A stretch of DNA of 64,000 bases from an uncultured Bacillales bacterium (GTDB lineage: Bacteria; Bacillota_I; Bacilli_A; Acholeplasmatales; Anaeroplasmataceae): assembly GCA_946407635.1 (NCBI GenBank), contig CAMJOZ010000001.1, positions 2,763-66,762 on the forward strand, given 5' to 3'. The notes beneath the pieces were generated by a model. The model was not told the origin of the DNA, did not search any database, and saw only the letters and a program-made list of their open reading frames with translations. This document shows, piece after piece, positions 1-10,553 of this stretch. Numbering within the stretch: the first letter of the stretch is position 1; each line of letters opens with the position of its first letter. The position numbers were made by a program, and so were the translations under genes.

Positions 1-388
1 AAAATATACCTACACCTAAGCCAATTGAAATCATTAAAATCCAATTGTTTAAAATTGATGATACCTGATCAGCTAATACTGATAAATCAGGTTCAGCAAT
101 TGTTATTAATAAGCCCATAAAAAACAACACAAGGGCAATAATCCATATCTTTTTAGATTTAATTAAAGTACTACCAACTTTTTCTCCCATTACGCTCATT
201 GCCATATCAGCACCCAAATTAAATAAGCTGATACCTAATATTAATAATACGGCACTTATTGCGAATAAACCTAGCTCTCCACCTGTAGGATTAAACAAAG
301 GTGTTAAAGCTAAAATGAAAACTATTATAGTAACCGGTAAAACTGATATCAATGATTCTTTTGTTTTTAACCATAATTGTCTTAACAT
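1..388 (-). CDS. DUF1538-like integral membrane protein, N-terminal part (gene runs off the left window edge)
   Basis: Not in the supplied ORF track. Hand translation of the minus strand from the ATG at 388 gives MLRQLWLKTKESLISVLPVTIIVFILALTPLFNPTGGELGLFAISAVLLILGISLFNLGADMAMSVMGEKVG...ITIAEPDLSVLADQV. It stays open to position 1 and is strongly hydrophobic. Family assignment is by recall only. Confidence 0.5.
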   Translation of the reverse strand, partial: MLRQLWLKTKESLISVLPVTIIVFILALTPLFNPTGGELGLFAISAVLLILGISLFNLGADMAMSVMGEKVGSTLIKSKKIWIIALVLFFMGLLITIAEPDLSVLADQVSSILNNWILMISIGLGVGIF

Positions 389-424
389 TTCAACACCACC
401 AAAAATCAATAATATTATAACATT

Positions 425-454
425 AAAAAAAAATCTATACAATAAATGTATAGA
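425..454 (-). terminator. Rho-independent terminator after the glycosyltransferase gene
   Basis: Perfect 8-bp stem tctataca/tgtataga (434-441 / 447-454) with a 5-nt loop, followed on the minus strand by a 9-T run (425-433). Confidence 0.75.
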
Positions 455-456
455 AA

Positions 457-1701
457 TTAAATTTTAGGCATTTCTTCAATAACACCTTGTTTATATAGTT
501 TTTTAAAGATTTTCTTCCTTTTTTTCTTATCTTTCTTTCTGTTATTCAAAGATTGTTTATCTTTCTTTTCTTTATTAAACAGAATAGCATCATTTAAAAA
601 TTCTTCAAAAAGTGTAACCTGCTTACCAAGTGCATATTCTTTAGCAGATTCTTCATATTTTAATGAATATTCTTCTCTTTTTTCTTTATTTTCATACCAA
701 TATTCAATCTTTTTCATTAAATCCTTATATCTACCATGTTTGAATAAAGATTCATCACATAAAGAGAATGTATGTGTCGCAGAAAGTTTCGAATTTGATA
801 TAACAGGAACAACACCACAAGCGAATGCCTCAACACAAGATAATCCTTCAATTTCAGCATCACTACAATGTGCATATAAATCTACTGATGATAAGAATTC
901 TCTTAATTGTTCTTGAGATAAAAATTGAATTACAGGTTCATTAGTAAAATTAAGCTTTTTAATTTGTTTCTTAAGTTTTCTTTTGTTAGGACCATCACCA
1001 CATAAAACTAATTGAATATTTTTTTCATATTTAGAATGTCTAACAGCTTTAATTAATAAATCCTGACGCTTTTCTTTAGATAATCTACCAACCATAGTAA
1101 CTACAAATTTATCACCATATTGACGGTTAGCAGGTACCTTATGCCAAAATTCAGAAATACCATTAGACATAACTCTTAATTCATTATCATAACCAACAGA
1201 AATTAATTTATTTTTAATCATTTCAGATGGACAATGAACAAATGATACCCAGTTATATAAATATTTATGAAATGATTTATATAAAATCCAGTTAAAAAAG
1301 TTATTACATAAATGTATAGCTGAGGTAATAGAATTTGGTTGTAAATGAAATGCACATGTCACAGGTACACCTAATTGATCTGCAATTAATCTAGCATTTG
1401 ATTCTAGCTTAAATGGCAAAAATAGATGTACAACATCTACAGATTTAATAAGCTCATATAAAAGCTTATTATCAACATGAGTAAATTGAAAACCATCATT
1501 ACGAATTAATCCGTTAAATGGCCACATATTATAGTCATTAACTACATAATAATAAGGATATTCAAAATCATCTCTTATTCGGCAGCCAACAATTTTAACT
1601 TCATGCCCTCTTTTATTAAGTTCTTCTGCGAATCTTCGACACGATGTAGTAGTCCCATTTGCTAAAAAACCACTACATTCTAAAACAAATAATATTTTCA
1701 T
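457..1701 (-). CDS. GT-B fold glycosyltransferase, GT4-like (possibly a glycolipid/diacylglycerol glycosyltransferase)
   Basis: 414 aa. The N-terminus KILFVLECSGFLANGTTTS and the C-terminal EIEGLSCVEAFACGVVPV block are typical of retaining GT4 enzymes. It has a lysine-rich C-terminal tail. The substrate is not determinable from sequence. Confidence 0.6.
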   Translation of the reverse strand: MKILFVLECSGFLANGTTTSCRRFAEELNKRGHEVKIVGCRIRDDFEYPYYYVVNDYNMWPFNGLIRNDGFQFTHVDNKLLYELIKSVDVVHLFLPFKLESNARLIADQLGVPVTCAFHLQPNSITSAIHLCNNFFNWILYKSFHKYLYNWVSFVHCPSEMIKNKLISVGYDNELRVMSNGISEFWHKVPANRQYGDKFVVTMVGRLSKEKRQDLLIKAVRHSKYEKNIQLVLCGDGPNKRKLKKQIKKLNFTNEPVIQFLSQEQLREFLSSVDLYAHCSDAEIEGLSCVEAFACGVVPVISNSKLSATHTFSLCDESLFKHGRYKDLMKKIEYWYENKEKREEYSLKYEESAKEYALGKQVTLFEEFLNDAILFNKEKKDKQSLNNRKKDKKKRKKIFKKLYKQGVIEEMPKI

Positions 1702-1712
1702 AACTACTCCAA

Positions 1713-2600
1713 TTATAAGAAAGCTGCTCTTATTATATCATATTTTGTTTCTTTTTTTATATCTTCTTTAAATGCTTTAAATACCATATATGTAGTAAAG
1801 CTATCATCTAATGCGTCATGAGTTTGTTCATCGTCTACATTATAATATACTTCATATAATTTAAATAAACCTGGATCATTTTTTAATGAATAATAAGTTT
1901 TTATTAATTTTAATATATTAATAAATCTTGTTTTATTCTCTAATGATTCTTTTTTATTAATTTCATATGATTCATTAATAACCTTAATATCATTTTTACC
2001 AAAAACAATAATTGCAGGATTATATTTATCTAAAACATTATTAAAATCATCATAAAACTTATCATATGTTATAGCATTATTATAATAAGTTTCTTTATCA
2101 ATATGTAAAAAATCAAATGCTCTTTTTGTTAATCCTTCATTAACTGTTGGTAAAACATAATTATTATATTTACATAATTCATTGCCATTTTTATCAAAAA
2201 TAACTAAACCAGCTTGAATTAATTCAGTAACAAATCCTTTACCTTTAAATTGGTAGCTAGGCATAGTCATTTCTAAATCTAAAAACATTACATTTTCTAA
2301 ATCATTTAAAAAATCATATAAATTATTATTTACTTTCTTCTTATTATAATAAACAATATGATCATATTTACCAAAAGCTTCAATTCTATTAATTATATTT
2401 ACCGGATGAGCTAAAAAATGACCTTTTTTCACCAATTCAGGATTATATTCTAAATCAATCCAATTATCTTGATATAAATATCTTTTAAATAGATTCATTT
2501 GACTATTTTGAAAATAAAAAAACATAATTTTCTTATTTTGTTTAATTCCAATGATTTTATTATCAAGTTCAATCATATGAATTGGTCCAAAAATATGCAT
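1713..2600 (-). CDS. DEDDh 3'-5' exonuclease domain protein (KapD/DnaQ-like) with an uncharacterised ~100-aa N-terminal region
   Basis: 295 aa. FLDLEMT matches the Exo I DxE motif and HDALDDS matches the Exo III H-x4-D motif. I recognise no motif in the N-terminal third. Confidence 0.6.
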   Translation of the reverse strand: MHIFGPIHMIELDNKIIGIKQNKKIMFFYFQNSQMNLFKRYLYQDNWIDLEYNPELVKKGHFLAHPVNIINRIEAFGKYDHIVYYNKKKVNNNLYDFLNDLENVMFLDLEMTMPSYQFKGKGFVTELIQAGLVIFDKNGNELCKYNNYVLPTVNEGLTKRAFDFLHIDKETYYNNAITYDKFYDDFNNVLDKYNPAIIVFGKNDIKVINESYEINKKESLENKTRFINILKLIKTYYSLKNDPGLFKLYEVYYNVDDEQTHDALDDSFTTYMVFKAFKEDIKKETKYDIIRAAFL

Positions 2601-2601
2601 C

Positions 2602-3795
2602 TTAACTCCTCCTTCTTTTAATAATAAACATAATACTTAAAATTAATGTACTTGTTATACAAACAAAAGCACATATAAAAAACAATCTATTTCTATTTTC
2701 AATTTCATAATTATAATAAATTAATCCACCTAGGATAGGTCCAATTACCGCACCTAATGAATAAAAAGATTGTCTTACACCTAAAATAACACCTTTATTC
2801 TCACTTTCCCTTGAAATATAAGTAACAGAGGCTGATTCAATAATAGCCTTAGTTGCCATAAATACTAAGAATGTTGAATAAATCATATAAAGTAATGCTT
2901 CATTTTTAAACATAAATGTAACAAATAATGTTACACTACCTATAACACCAGCCAATATTATTGATAAAACAGGTTTTAATCTTTTTAATATAAACGGAGT
3001 TATTAAAACATTACAGAATAATGTTGAAAGTCCAATAGTTAAATTTAATAAGCCTAATTCAGATGTTGTTCTTCCTATATCAGAATAATAATAATCTAAA
3101 TATCTTGTAGCGTTAGTAAATACTATTGAAAATAATGTTAAGCATATTAAGAATATAATATTCCAAAATCCAATATTCTTAACATTTTTTAAATTATAAA
3201 TAAAGCTTTTCTTGTTAGCTTTAAATGATAAATCTTCATCATCAAGTCTAAATAAGAAAAACATAATTATACCACATGTGGTTAATATTAATGCTTGAGC
3301 ATATAATACTAAATTTAATCTAGAAAAATAATCACCCATTAGTCCACCTAAAAATGAACCAAATGAATTACCTACAAGTTGAAATGATAAAACCCAAGGT
3401 ATTAATCTTGTTTTATCAAAATCCCTTAAATCTTTAGACGAAGATAAATAGCTAACTAAAGCTACATTCAATCCCCCACTAAAAATACCAGAGAAAAATC
3501 TTGCAAAAATAACTAAATATAAATTATCAAATAACCCAAACATAATCTGTCCTAAGGAATAACCTATAGAACAAATCAAGAATACAAATTTCTTACCATA
3601 TTTGTCACCAAACGATCCCCATATAGGAGCGAATATTAACATACCTAAACTCATTGATGAGAAAAATATCGAAAATGATATTTCAGGCCATCCCATAGTT
3701 TTAACTAAATATGGAGTAACTGGATGAGCTAGATTTGTACATATTCCAATCATTAATCCAATAATGGTAACTATAACATATTTACTTCTTTTCAT
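2602..3795 (-). CDS. MFS transporter
   Basis: 397 aa with about 12 hydrophobic helices and an MFS motif-A-like loop WGSFGDKYGKKFV. It overlaps the upstream gene by 4 nt. Confidence 0.7.
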   Translation of the reverse strand: MKRSKYVIVTIIGLMIGICTNLAHPVTPYLVKTMGWPEISFSIFFSSMSLGMLIFAPIWGSFGDKYGKKFVFLICSIGYSLGQIMFGLFDNLYLVIFARFFSGIFSGGLNVALVSYLSSSKDLRDFDKTRLIPWVLSFQLVGNSFGSFLGGLMGDYFSRLNLVLYAQALILTTCGIIMFFLFRLDDEDLSFKANKKSFIYNLKNVKNIGFWNIIFLICLTLFSIVFTNATRYLDYYYSDIGRTTSELGLLNLTIGLSTLFCNVLITPFILKRLKPVLSIILAGVIGSVTLFVTFMFKNEALLYMIYSTFLVFMATKAIIESASVTYISRESENKGVILGVRQSFYSLGAVIGPILGGLIYYNYEIENRNRLFFICAFVCITSTLILSIMFIIKRRRS

Positions 3796-4400
3796 TTTAA
3801 TATAGACACAGCCATACCATCACCAATATCATATATTGTTGAATTATAGCTTTCATTATTAAGTAAATACTCGTGGAAATTCTTTAATTTTCTTACTAAG
3901 CCTCTTAAGCTTCTAGACATATTTTCATAATTAGTATCATTAACTAATCCATGAAATAGCATATTATCGCAGACAACCATTCCATCTTTATTTAAAAGCT
4001 TAGTATAAATTTCAAAGAATTTCGTATATTGAGCTTTAGCAGCATCTATAAATATTAGATCAAATTTAATATTCTTAACATCATCAAACGCTTCTAAAGC
4101 ATCCTTAAATATAACATTAATTCTATCATTTAATTTACATTCATTAATGTTCTTTAAAGCTTCGTTATACATTTTTTCATCACGTTCAATTGTATAAATA
4201 TTACAATTTGAATCCTTAGCCATCATAATTGATGAATAACCTATTGCCGTACCTATTTCTAAGATATTAATAGGTTTCTTTATATCAATAAGCATTTTCA
4301 AAAATACCATTCCATCATCTTTAATAATAGGAACATTATTTATTTTTGCATAATCTCTTATTTTGATTAATTTATCATCAAACTGTAATGTGTTAGTCAC
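3792..4400 (-). CDS. SAM-dependent O-methyltransferase, YrrM/TrmR-like
   Basis: SAM motif ILEIGTAIGYSS plus DLIFIDAAK. Its position after ruvX and DUF1292 matches the B. subtilis alaS-yrrK-yrzB-yrrM neighbourhood. The track start (4484) reads through the Cys-rich tail of the upstream gene in another frame. I place the start at the GTG at 4400, which overlaps the upstream stop (GTGACTAA). The start is uncertain. Confidence 0.65.
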   Translation of the reverse strand: MTNTLQFDDKLIKIRDYAKINNVPIIKDDGMVFLKMLIDIKKPINILEIGTAIGYSSIMMAKDSNCNIYTIERDEKMYNEALKNINECKLNDRINVIFKDALEAFDDVKNIKFDLIFIDAAKAQYTKFFEIYTKLLNKDGMVVCDNMLFHGLVNDTNYENMSRSLRGLVRKLKNFHEYLLNNESYNSTIYDIGDGMAVSILK

Positions 4401-4734
4401 AACAGCCTTCGCATCCTCCACATTCACAGTCACAATCTCCTTGGCATCCTCCACAAGAACCGCCTCCACATGAACATCCACCATAAGTAGAATTAATATA
4501 ATCAGTTGCTATTTTTTCAAGCATTTCCCATTCTACTTCAGTTTTAATTGGTAAAACCTGATCAATTTCATCTTCATTATTTAATGTGTATGAAAAAGCT
4601 GAAATTTGATTAGTTTCTCTATCTTTAAATATTGCATAATCATTATTGAAATTATCAGAATGATAAGTAAATAAGATATCACAAATTATCTCTAAACTAT
4701 CATTTAATTTCATTGTCACTGTTTTTGTTTTCAT
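4393..4734 (-). CDS. DUF1292 (YrzB-like) protein with a C-terminal Cys/Gly-rich tail
   Basis: 113 aa. The core EIICDILFTYHSDNFNNDYAIF...EVEWEMLEKI resembles YrzB/UPF0473. The tail is GGCSCGGGSCGGCQGDCDCECGGCEGCCD. Synteny downstream of ruvX supports the call. Confidence 0.75.
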   Translation of the reverse strand: MKTKTVTMKLNDSLEIICDILFTYHSDNFNNDYAIFKDRETNQISAFSYTLNNEDEIDQVLPIKTEVEWEMLEKIATDYINSTYGGCSCGGGSCGGCQGDCDCECGGCEGCCD

Positions 4735-5153
4735 TAAAAAGAAATCCTATCTAAATAATTTTGTAAAATGACTACAGCGGCCATTTCATCTTTTTTAGCT
4801 TTTCTATCTTTCCTTCTTACATTACCCATAATCATTGTTTTATCAACAATAACAGTAGTTAATCTTTCATCTTCTAAAATAACCTTTAAATTAGTTCCAT
4901 TTTCAAGGTTATTCTTAAAATCAGTAGATATTTGAGCTCTTATACCGCTATCACCATTCATATGCTTTGGATATCCTAAAACAATGCTTGTTACCTTTTC
5001 TTTTGCACAAATATCCTTAACATATTTTATAGCACTATCATAATCATCATCAGTAAATCTAAATGTATCATAGGCTCTTGCAATCATACCTAGCTCATCT
5101 GAGATTGCAACACCCAAAGTTCTTTGTCCTAAATCTAGACCAATATATTTCAT
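4734..5153 (-). CDS. ruvX: Holliday-junction-resolvase-like pre-16S rRNA nuclease YqgF/RuvX
   Basis: 139 aa. N-terminus MKYIGLDLGQRTLGVAISD. Located immediately after alaS with a 1-nt overlap, the conserved position. Confidence 0.85.
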   Translation of the reverse strand: MKYIGLDLGQRTLGVAISDELGMIARAYDTFRFTDDDYDSAIKYVKDICAKEKVTSIVLGYPKHMNGDSGIRAQISTDFKNNLENGTNLKVILEDERLTTVIVDKTMIMGNVRRKDRKAKKDEMAAVVILQNYLDRISF

Positions 5154-7762
5154 TAGATTGTAGCCTTTAAATGTTCTAATGCTTCTTTAACTTTAGAAGG
5201 ATCTTTACCACCTGCTTGAGCTAAATCAGGCTTTCCTCCTCCGCCACCACCAGTAATCTTAGTAGCTTCTTTTACAATGTTTGAAGCATTATAGTTACCT
5301 TTTGTAGCACATACAAAAGTGACTTTACTAGAATCAGAAGCTGCTAATAAAACAACATCTAAATTCTTGTTATTTCTTAACGCAGTTGCCATATCCTTTA
5401 ATAAATTAGAATCAAGTGTATCTACTTCAACAAATAATTTGTTATTAACAATAAACTTGTCATATTTGTCTAATTCTTTTAAAGCATTTTGACTCTTCTT
5501 TAAATTGTATTCTTTTTCAAGCTCTTTAACTTCATTTTGAATTTTTTGAAGTTCTTTTCTTAAAGCTAGAATATATCTATATCCTTCAACTAAAATCTCA
5601 CGAGGCAAGTAATTGAAATGAAGTTCAATATTACTATATTTAGCTTCTTTAATTATTTCATTTGCCTTAGCAAGAGTTTGATTAATTGTTGAAATAATAT
5701 TTTCTTGGCTCTTCTTAATTAATTCTTGAGCATTATCAGATGTATATGCTAATGCTCTAAATGTACCAGAACCAATTGATTCAATTGAAGCAATATAGAA
5801 TTTCTTAATGTCAGATGTATTGATAACATGTGTACCAGCACAGAATTCTTTAGATACACCCATATCAACAACTCTTACTACATTACCATATTTTTCACCG
5901 AATAACATCATCGCACCAAGCTTCTTAGCTTCTTCAATTGGTAATACTAATGTATTAACATTATGAGCCTCATTAATATATTTATTTACTAAATCCTCAA
6001 CCTTAATAATTTCATCATCAGTTAAATTTTGATAATTATTAAAATCAAATCTACAATATTCACTTGAAACCTGGCTACCTTGTTGGTGAATATGAGAACC
6101 TAAAGTGTTTTGAAGTGCAGCTTGAAGTAAGTGACAACCAGAATGATTCTTACGAGTTAAATCACGATTATCCTTATCAACAATTGCCCATACTATATCT
6201 CCAACCTTAAATGGATTATTAGCTAATTTATGTAAATGTTGGCCATTAGGCATCTTAGTAACATCTAATACTTCAATGTCATTAATTGTACCCTTATCAC
6301 ATAATTGACCACCAGAGAATGCGTAGAATGGTGTTTCATCTAAAACAACTGAATCACCAAATACAGCGATTACTTTACTCTTTTGGTTTGTTATTTCATA
6401 TCCTGAGAATCTAGATGGTTCTTTGAATTTTAAGAATTCTTCATTTTGACCCTTCATAGAATTTTCTTCTTTTCTAGCATTTCTAGCACGAACCTTTTGT
6501 TCTTCTAGATATTTCTTGAAGCCTTCCTCATCAACTTCATATCCAGATTCTTCTGCATATTCTTTAGTTAATTCAATTGGGAATCCATATGTATCATATA
6601 AAACAAACGCATCCTCACCTGAAATAACCTTATTTGATTTTTCAATAATTGATTGTAATCTCTTTTCACCTGAAGATAATGTTTGTAAGAACTTTTCTTC
6701 TTCAGCTGAAATGATTTGTTTACAAATATCCTTCTTTTCATGTAAATAAGGATAATATGGATCCATAATCTTAATAACAACATCTACAAGCTCACTCATG
6801 AATGGCTTATTAATACCTAATGATTTAGCATATTTAGATGCTCTTCTTAATACTCTACGAAGTACATATCCTCTACCTTCATTTGATAAAGTAGCACCAT
6901 CAGCGATTGCGAATGTTACTGTTCTAACATGGTCAGCAATAACCTTAAATGCCATTTGACCTGTATATTTAACACCAGATATTTCTTCAGTCTTTTTGAT
7001 TATTGGCATAAATAAATCTGTATCATAATTTGTATCTACACCTTGCATAACACAAGCAAGTCTTTCTAGACCACATCCTGTATCAATGTTTTTAGAAGGT
7101 AATTCTTTATAATTTTCTCTTTTTAGTCCAGCCTTTGAATTAAATTGAGAGAATACAATATTCCAAATTTCAATAAATCTATCATTTTCAATATCATCTC
7201 TAATTAATTCAGGTCCACGCTTATCATATTTTGGCCCACGGTCATAAAACATTTCAGTATCAGGTCCACAAGGTCCTTCACCAATTTCCCAGAAATTACC
7301 ATCTAATGGAATTAAATGATCTTCACTAATTCCATTTTGAATCCAGAAGTTTCTAGCATCAATATCATCTGTATAATGAGTGATATATAATTTATCCTTA
7401 TCAAATCCAAACCACTTATCTGAGAATAATAATTCAACAGCGAATTTAATAGCTTCTTCTTTAAAATAATCTCCAATAGAGAAATTACCTAGCATTTCAA
7501 AGAATGTATGATGTCTAGCTGTTTTACCAACATTTTCAATATCATTTGTTCTAATACATTTTTGAGCATTAGTAATTCTTGGATTTTCTGGTCTTATTGA
7601 ACCATCAAAATATTTTTTAAGTGGTGTTACACCAGCGTTAGTCCATAATAAAGTTGGATCATTTACTGGTACTAGTGAAGCACTTGGCTCAACACTATGT
7701 CCTTTTGATTTAAAGAAATCTAACCACATTTGTCTTATTTCACTTGATGTCATATATTTCAT
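5153..7762 (-). CDS. alaS: Alanine--tRNA ligase
   Basis: 869 aa. Contains FFEMLGNFSIGDYFK, the editing-domain HSGCHLL...CAGTHV metal motifs and a C-terminal GGGGGGKPDLAQAGG (DHHA1). Confidence 0.97.
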   Translation of the reverse strand: MKYMTSSEIRQMWLDFFKSKGHSVEPSASLVPVNDPTLLWTNAGVTPLKKYFDGSIRPENPRITNAQKCIRTNDIENVGKTARHHTFFEMLGNFSIGDYFKEEAIKFAVELLFSDKWFGFDKDKLYITHYTDDIDARNFWIQNGISEDHLIPLDGNFWEIGEGPCGPDTEMFYDRGPKYDKRGPELIRDDIENDRFIEIWNIVFSQFNSKAGLKRENYKELPSKNIDTGCGLERLACVMQGVDTNYDTDLFMPIIKKTEEISGVKYTGQMAFKVIADHVRTVTFAIADGATLSNEGRGYVLRRVLRRASKYAKSLGINKPFMSELVDVVIKIMDPYYPYLHEKKDICKQIISAEEEKFLQTLSSGEKRLQSIIEKSNKVISGEDAFVLYDTYGFPIELTKEYAEESGYEVDEEGFKKYLEEQKVRARNARKEENSMKGQNEEFLKFKEPSRFSGYEITNQKSKVIAVFGDSVVLDETPFYAFSGGQLCDKGTINDIEVLDVTKMPNGQHLHKLANNPFKVGDIVWAIVDKDNRDLTRKNHSGCHLLQAALQNTLGSHIHQQGSQVSSEYCRFDFNNYQNLTDDEIIKVEDLVNKYINEAHNVNTLVLPIEEAKKLGAMMLFGEKYGNVVRVVDMGVSKEFCAGTHVINTSDIKKFYIASIESIGSGTFRALAYTSDNAQELIKKSQENIISTINQTLAKANEIIKEAKYSNIELHFNYLPREILVEGYRYILALRKELQKIQNEVKELEKEYNLKKSQNALKELDKYDKFIVNNKLFVEVDTLDSNLLKDMATALRNNKNLDVVLLAASDSSKVTFVCATKGNYNASNIVKEATKITGGGGGGKPDLAQAGGKDPSKVKEALEHLKATI

Positions 7763-7852
7763 AATAATACCCCCTAAGCTAAATTTAGCTTTTTAATATT
7801 ATAAATATTAACAGTTGATATTTTATCATTTATGATAAATATATTCAAGAAT

Positions 7853-7880
7853 AAAAAAAGGACTACACTAATTGTAGTCC
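7853..7880 (-). terminator. Rho-independent terminator after the guaB-like gene
   Basis: Stem ggactaca/tgtagtcc (7860-7867 / 7873-7880) followed on the minus strand by a 7-T run. Confidence 0.8.
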
Positions 7881-7890
7881 CTAAAAATTA

Positions 7891-9393
7891 TTAATTATGA
7901 GTATTTGTGTCTTTAACAACAACATCATGTGCTCCACCTTCAACGATAGATACACTTGAAACTAATGTTAATTTAGCCTTTTGTTGTAATTCAGAAATTG
8001 TTAAAGCACCACAGTTACACATTGTATGTCTAATCTTAGATAAAGTAACCATAACTGTATCATGAAGTGGTCCAGCATATGGAACATATGAATCAACACC
8101 TTCAACGAATGAAAGCTTCTTAGAACCACCTAAATCATATCTTTGCCAGTTACGAGCACGAGCTGAACCTTCGCCCCAATATTCCTTCATATAGTTACCA
8201 TTAACTAAAACCTTTTGAGTTGGAGATTCATCAAATCTAGCAAAATATCTACCTAGCATACAGAAATCACAGCCCATAGCTAAAGCTAATGTAATATGAT
8301 AATCATGTACGATTCCACCATCAGAACAAATAGGTACATATATACCAGTTTCTTTATAATATTCATCTCTTGCCTTAGCAACATCAATTACAGCTGTTGC
8401 TTGACCTCTACCGATACCTTTAGTTTCTCTCGTAATACAAATAGATCCACCACCGATACCAATCTTAACGAAATCGGCACCAGCTTCAGCTAAGAATCTA
8501 AATCCTTCTTTATCAACAACATTACCAGCACCAACTTTTACTTTGTCGCCATATTTAGATCTAATCCAAGCGATTGTATTCTTTTGCCAGCAGCTGAATC
8601 CTTCACTTGAATCAATACATAACACATCGGCACCAGCTTCAACTAATGCAGGTACTCTTTCTTCGTAGTCTCTAGTATTAATACCAGCACCAACGATATA
8701 TCTCTTATCCTTGTCTAGTAATTCAAGTGGATTATCTTTATGAGATGAATAATCCTTTCTAAATACGAAAGCTACTAAACAACCGTTCTTATCAACGATT
8801 GGTAAGCTATTTAATTTATGTTCAAATATTATATCATTAGCTTCTTTTAGTGTTGTTCCTTCAGGTGCAGTAACAAGCTTAGCAAGTGGAGTCATAAACT
8901 CCTTAACCTTTAAAGAGCCATCCATTCTTGAAACTCTATAATCTCTTGATGATACGATACCAACTAACTTACCAGAAGGTGTACCATCACTAGTTACAGC
9001 AACAGTTGAATGTCCTGTTTCATCCTTTAATCTTAATACATCTTCTAATGTATCTTCAGGTGATAGATTTGAATCACTATCAACAAATCCTGATTTATAT
9101 TTCTTTACTTTTCTTACCATAGCTGCTTGTTGTTCAATAGTTTGAGATCCATAAATAAATGAAACTCCTCCTTCTTTAGCTAAAGCTATAGCCATAGTAT
9201 CATTAGATACAGATTGCATAATTGCTGAAATTAAAGGTACATTCATAGTAATTTCAGGTTCTTCACCCTTTTTGAATTTAACTAAAGGTGTCTTTAAACT
9301 AACATTACTTGGAATACAATTCTCATCAGAATAACCTGGAACTAATAAATATTCACTAAAAGTATGAGATGGTTCATCATAATAAAAAGCCAT
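7891..9393 (-). CDS. guaB: IMP dehydrogenase family protein (IMPDH with CBS pair)
   Basis: Catalytic loop [13 protein letters not shown], a CBS-pair insert and the CSDGGI motif. Start moved to the ATG at 9393 ([12 protein letters not shown]), which lies 9 nt after AGGAGG. The track start at 9426 lacks an SD. Confidence 0.8.
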   Translation of the reverse strand: MAFYYDEPSHTFSEYLLVPGYSDENCIPSNVSLKTPLVKFKKGEEPEITMNVPLISAIMQSVSNDTMAIALAKEGGVSFIYGSQTIEQQAAMVRKVKKYKSGFVDSDSNLSPEDTLEDVLRLKDETGHSTVAVTSDGTPSGKLVGIVSSRDYRVSRMDGSLKVKEFMTPLAKLVTAPEGTTLKEANDIIFEHKLNSLPIVDKNGCLVAFVFRKDYSSHKDNPLELLDKDKRYIVGAGINTRDYEERVPALVEAGADVLCIDSSEGFSCWQKNTIAWIRSKYGDKVKVGAGNVVDKEGFRFLAEAGADFVKIGIGGGSICITRETKGIGRGQATAVIDVAKARDEYYKETGIYVPICSDGGIVHDYHITLALAMGCDFCMLGRYFARFDESPTQKVLVNGNYMKEYWGEGSARARNWQRYDLGGSKKLSFVEGVDSYVPYAGPLHDTVMVTLSKIRHTMCNCGALTISELQQKAKLTLVSSVSIVEGGAHDVVVKDTNTHN

Positions 9394-9468
9394 ACAATAT
9401 TTTCCTCCTAATTTTTGATATTTCAATTATTTTATCACTTGATTAAATGTATTTCAACATAAATTTTA

Positions 9469-9840
9469 TTATTTTTTTTGATTACAAATATTAAACATAT
9501 TTGATGATTTAAATTTATTCGAAATATTAGATTTTATTTCATCTAAATCTTTATTGATACTATCATTTATTTTTCTTTCTAAATCAAAATATTCCTTCAC
9601 TTCTTCATGAGAATAAAGCTTTGCTTTAGCATTAATAAAATCTTTTTTTATTTGATAAAAATCTTTATAATAATCTTTATTTTTTGAAGCATCTAAATAT
9701 TTAGATTCTAGTGTTTTAAAACTAACAATTTCTTTTTTATAATCATTATTAATTTTATTTTTTAAATCAATTAATCTTTTAAAATCATCACTTGATTCAA
9801 TTTCATCAATATAAAGATCTATTAATTCATTAAAATCCAT
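9469..9840 (-). CDS. YlbF/YmcA (RicA/RicF)-like helical protein
   Basis: Start moved to the ATG at 9840 (MDFNELIDLYIDEIESSDDFKRL...). The heptad-rich helical pattern is typical of the Com_YlbF family. A RicT homolog is also in the window. Confidence 0.5.
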   Translation of the reverse strand: MDFNELIDLYIDEIESSDDFKRLIDLKNKINNDYKKEIVSFKTLESKYLDASKNKDYYKDFYQIKKDFINAKAKLYSHEEVKEYFDLERKINDSINKDLDEIKSNISNKFKSSNMFNICNQKK

Positions 9841-9938
9841 TAATATCACCAGAAACAATTTTATCATAAACCTCAAAAATATAAAAGTTTTTAGCATTTA
9901 TAATATTATTATGATATAATTCAAACGGAAGTGATATT

Positions 9939-10553
9939 ATGAAGTATTTTGAAAAAGATATAGTTAAAGAAGGTTGCCCAATTTTAAGAGAAAAATGTAC
10001 AAAAGTAAACCTTCCATTATCAAGTGATGATTTGGCTTGTATAAGAGGATTATATGAATATGTACTCGCATCTGCGATAGATGAATTAGTTAAGCAATTT
10101 GGAATAAGACCTGGTGTTGGTATAGCCGCTCCACAGGTTGGTGTTACTAAAAGAATGTTTGCAATGAACGCTGATGATTTTTTAGACGAAAAAGGAACTA
10201 AATATAATTATGCAGTAATAAATCCACAAATTATTGAGAAAAGTGAGCAATTAACATATTTACCTGGTGGTGAAGGATGCTTATCAGTTGATAGACCAAC
10301 ACCAGATTTAGTAACTCCAAGACATTATAGAATTAAAGTTAAATTTGCATCATTTGATTACAATACAAATAAAATCAAAAATGTAACAATGACTTTAGAA
10401 GGTTATCCTGCAATAGTATTCCAACATGAATATGATCATTTAGATGGAATAATGTATGTTGATAAAATGTATAAAGTTAAAGATTTAGATGAAAATATTC
10501 TTCCTCTTTATACAACTGAAGATGATGAAGAAACTATAGATGAAGAAAAATAA
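9939..10553 (+). CDS. def: Peptide deformylase
   Basis: 204 aa with all three signature motifs: GIAAPQVG, EGCLS and HEYDHL. Confidence 0.95.
   Translation: MKYFEKDIVKEGCPILREKCTKVNLPLSSDDLACIRGLYEYVLASAIDELVKQFGIRPGVGIAAPQVGVTKRMFAMNADDFLDEKGTKYNYAVINPQIIEKSEQLTYLPGGEGCLSVDRPTPDLVTPRHYRIKVKFASFDYNTNKIKNVTMTLEGYPAIVFQHEYDHLDGIMYVDKMYKVKDLDENILPLYTTEDDEETIDEEK

Noticed and set aside
4401-4484. N-terminal extension of the methyltransferase ORF (MVDVHVEAVLVEDAKEIVTVNVEDAKAV...).
   Set aside because: It is the +1 frame of the Cys/Gly-rich tail of the upstream DUF1292 gene, and repetitive GC-rich codons keep both frames open. It has no homology-like features. A GTG overlapping the upstream stop gives a normal-length methyltransferase.
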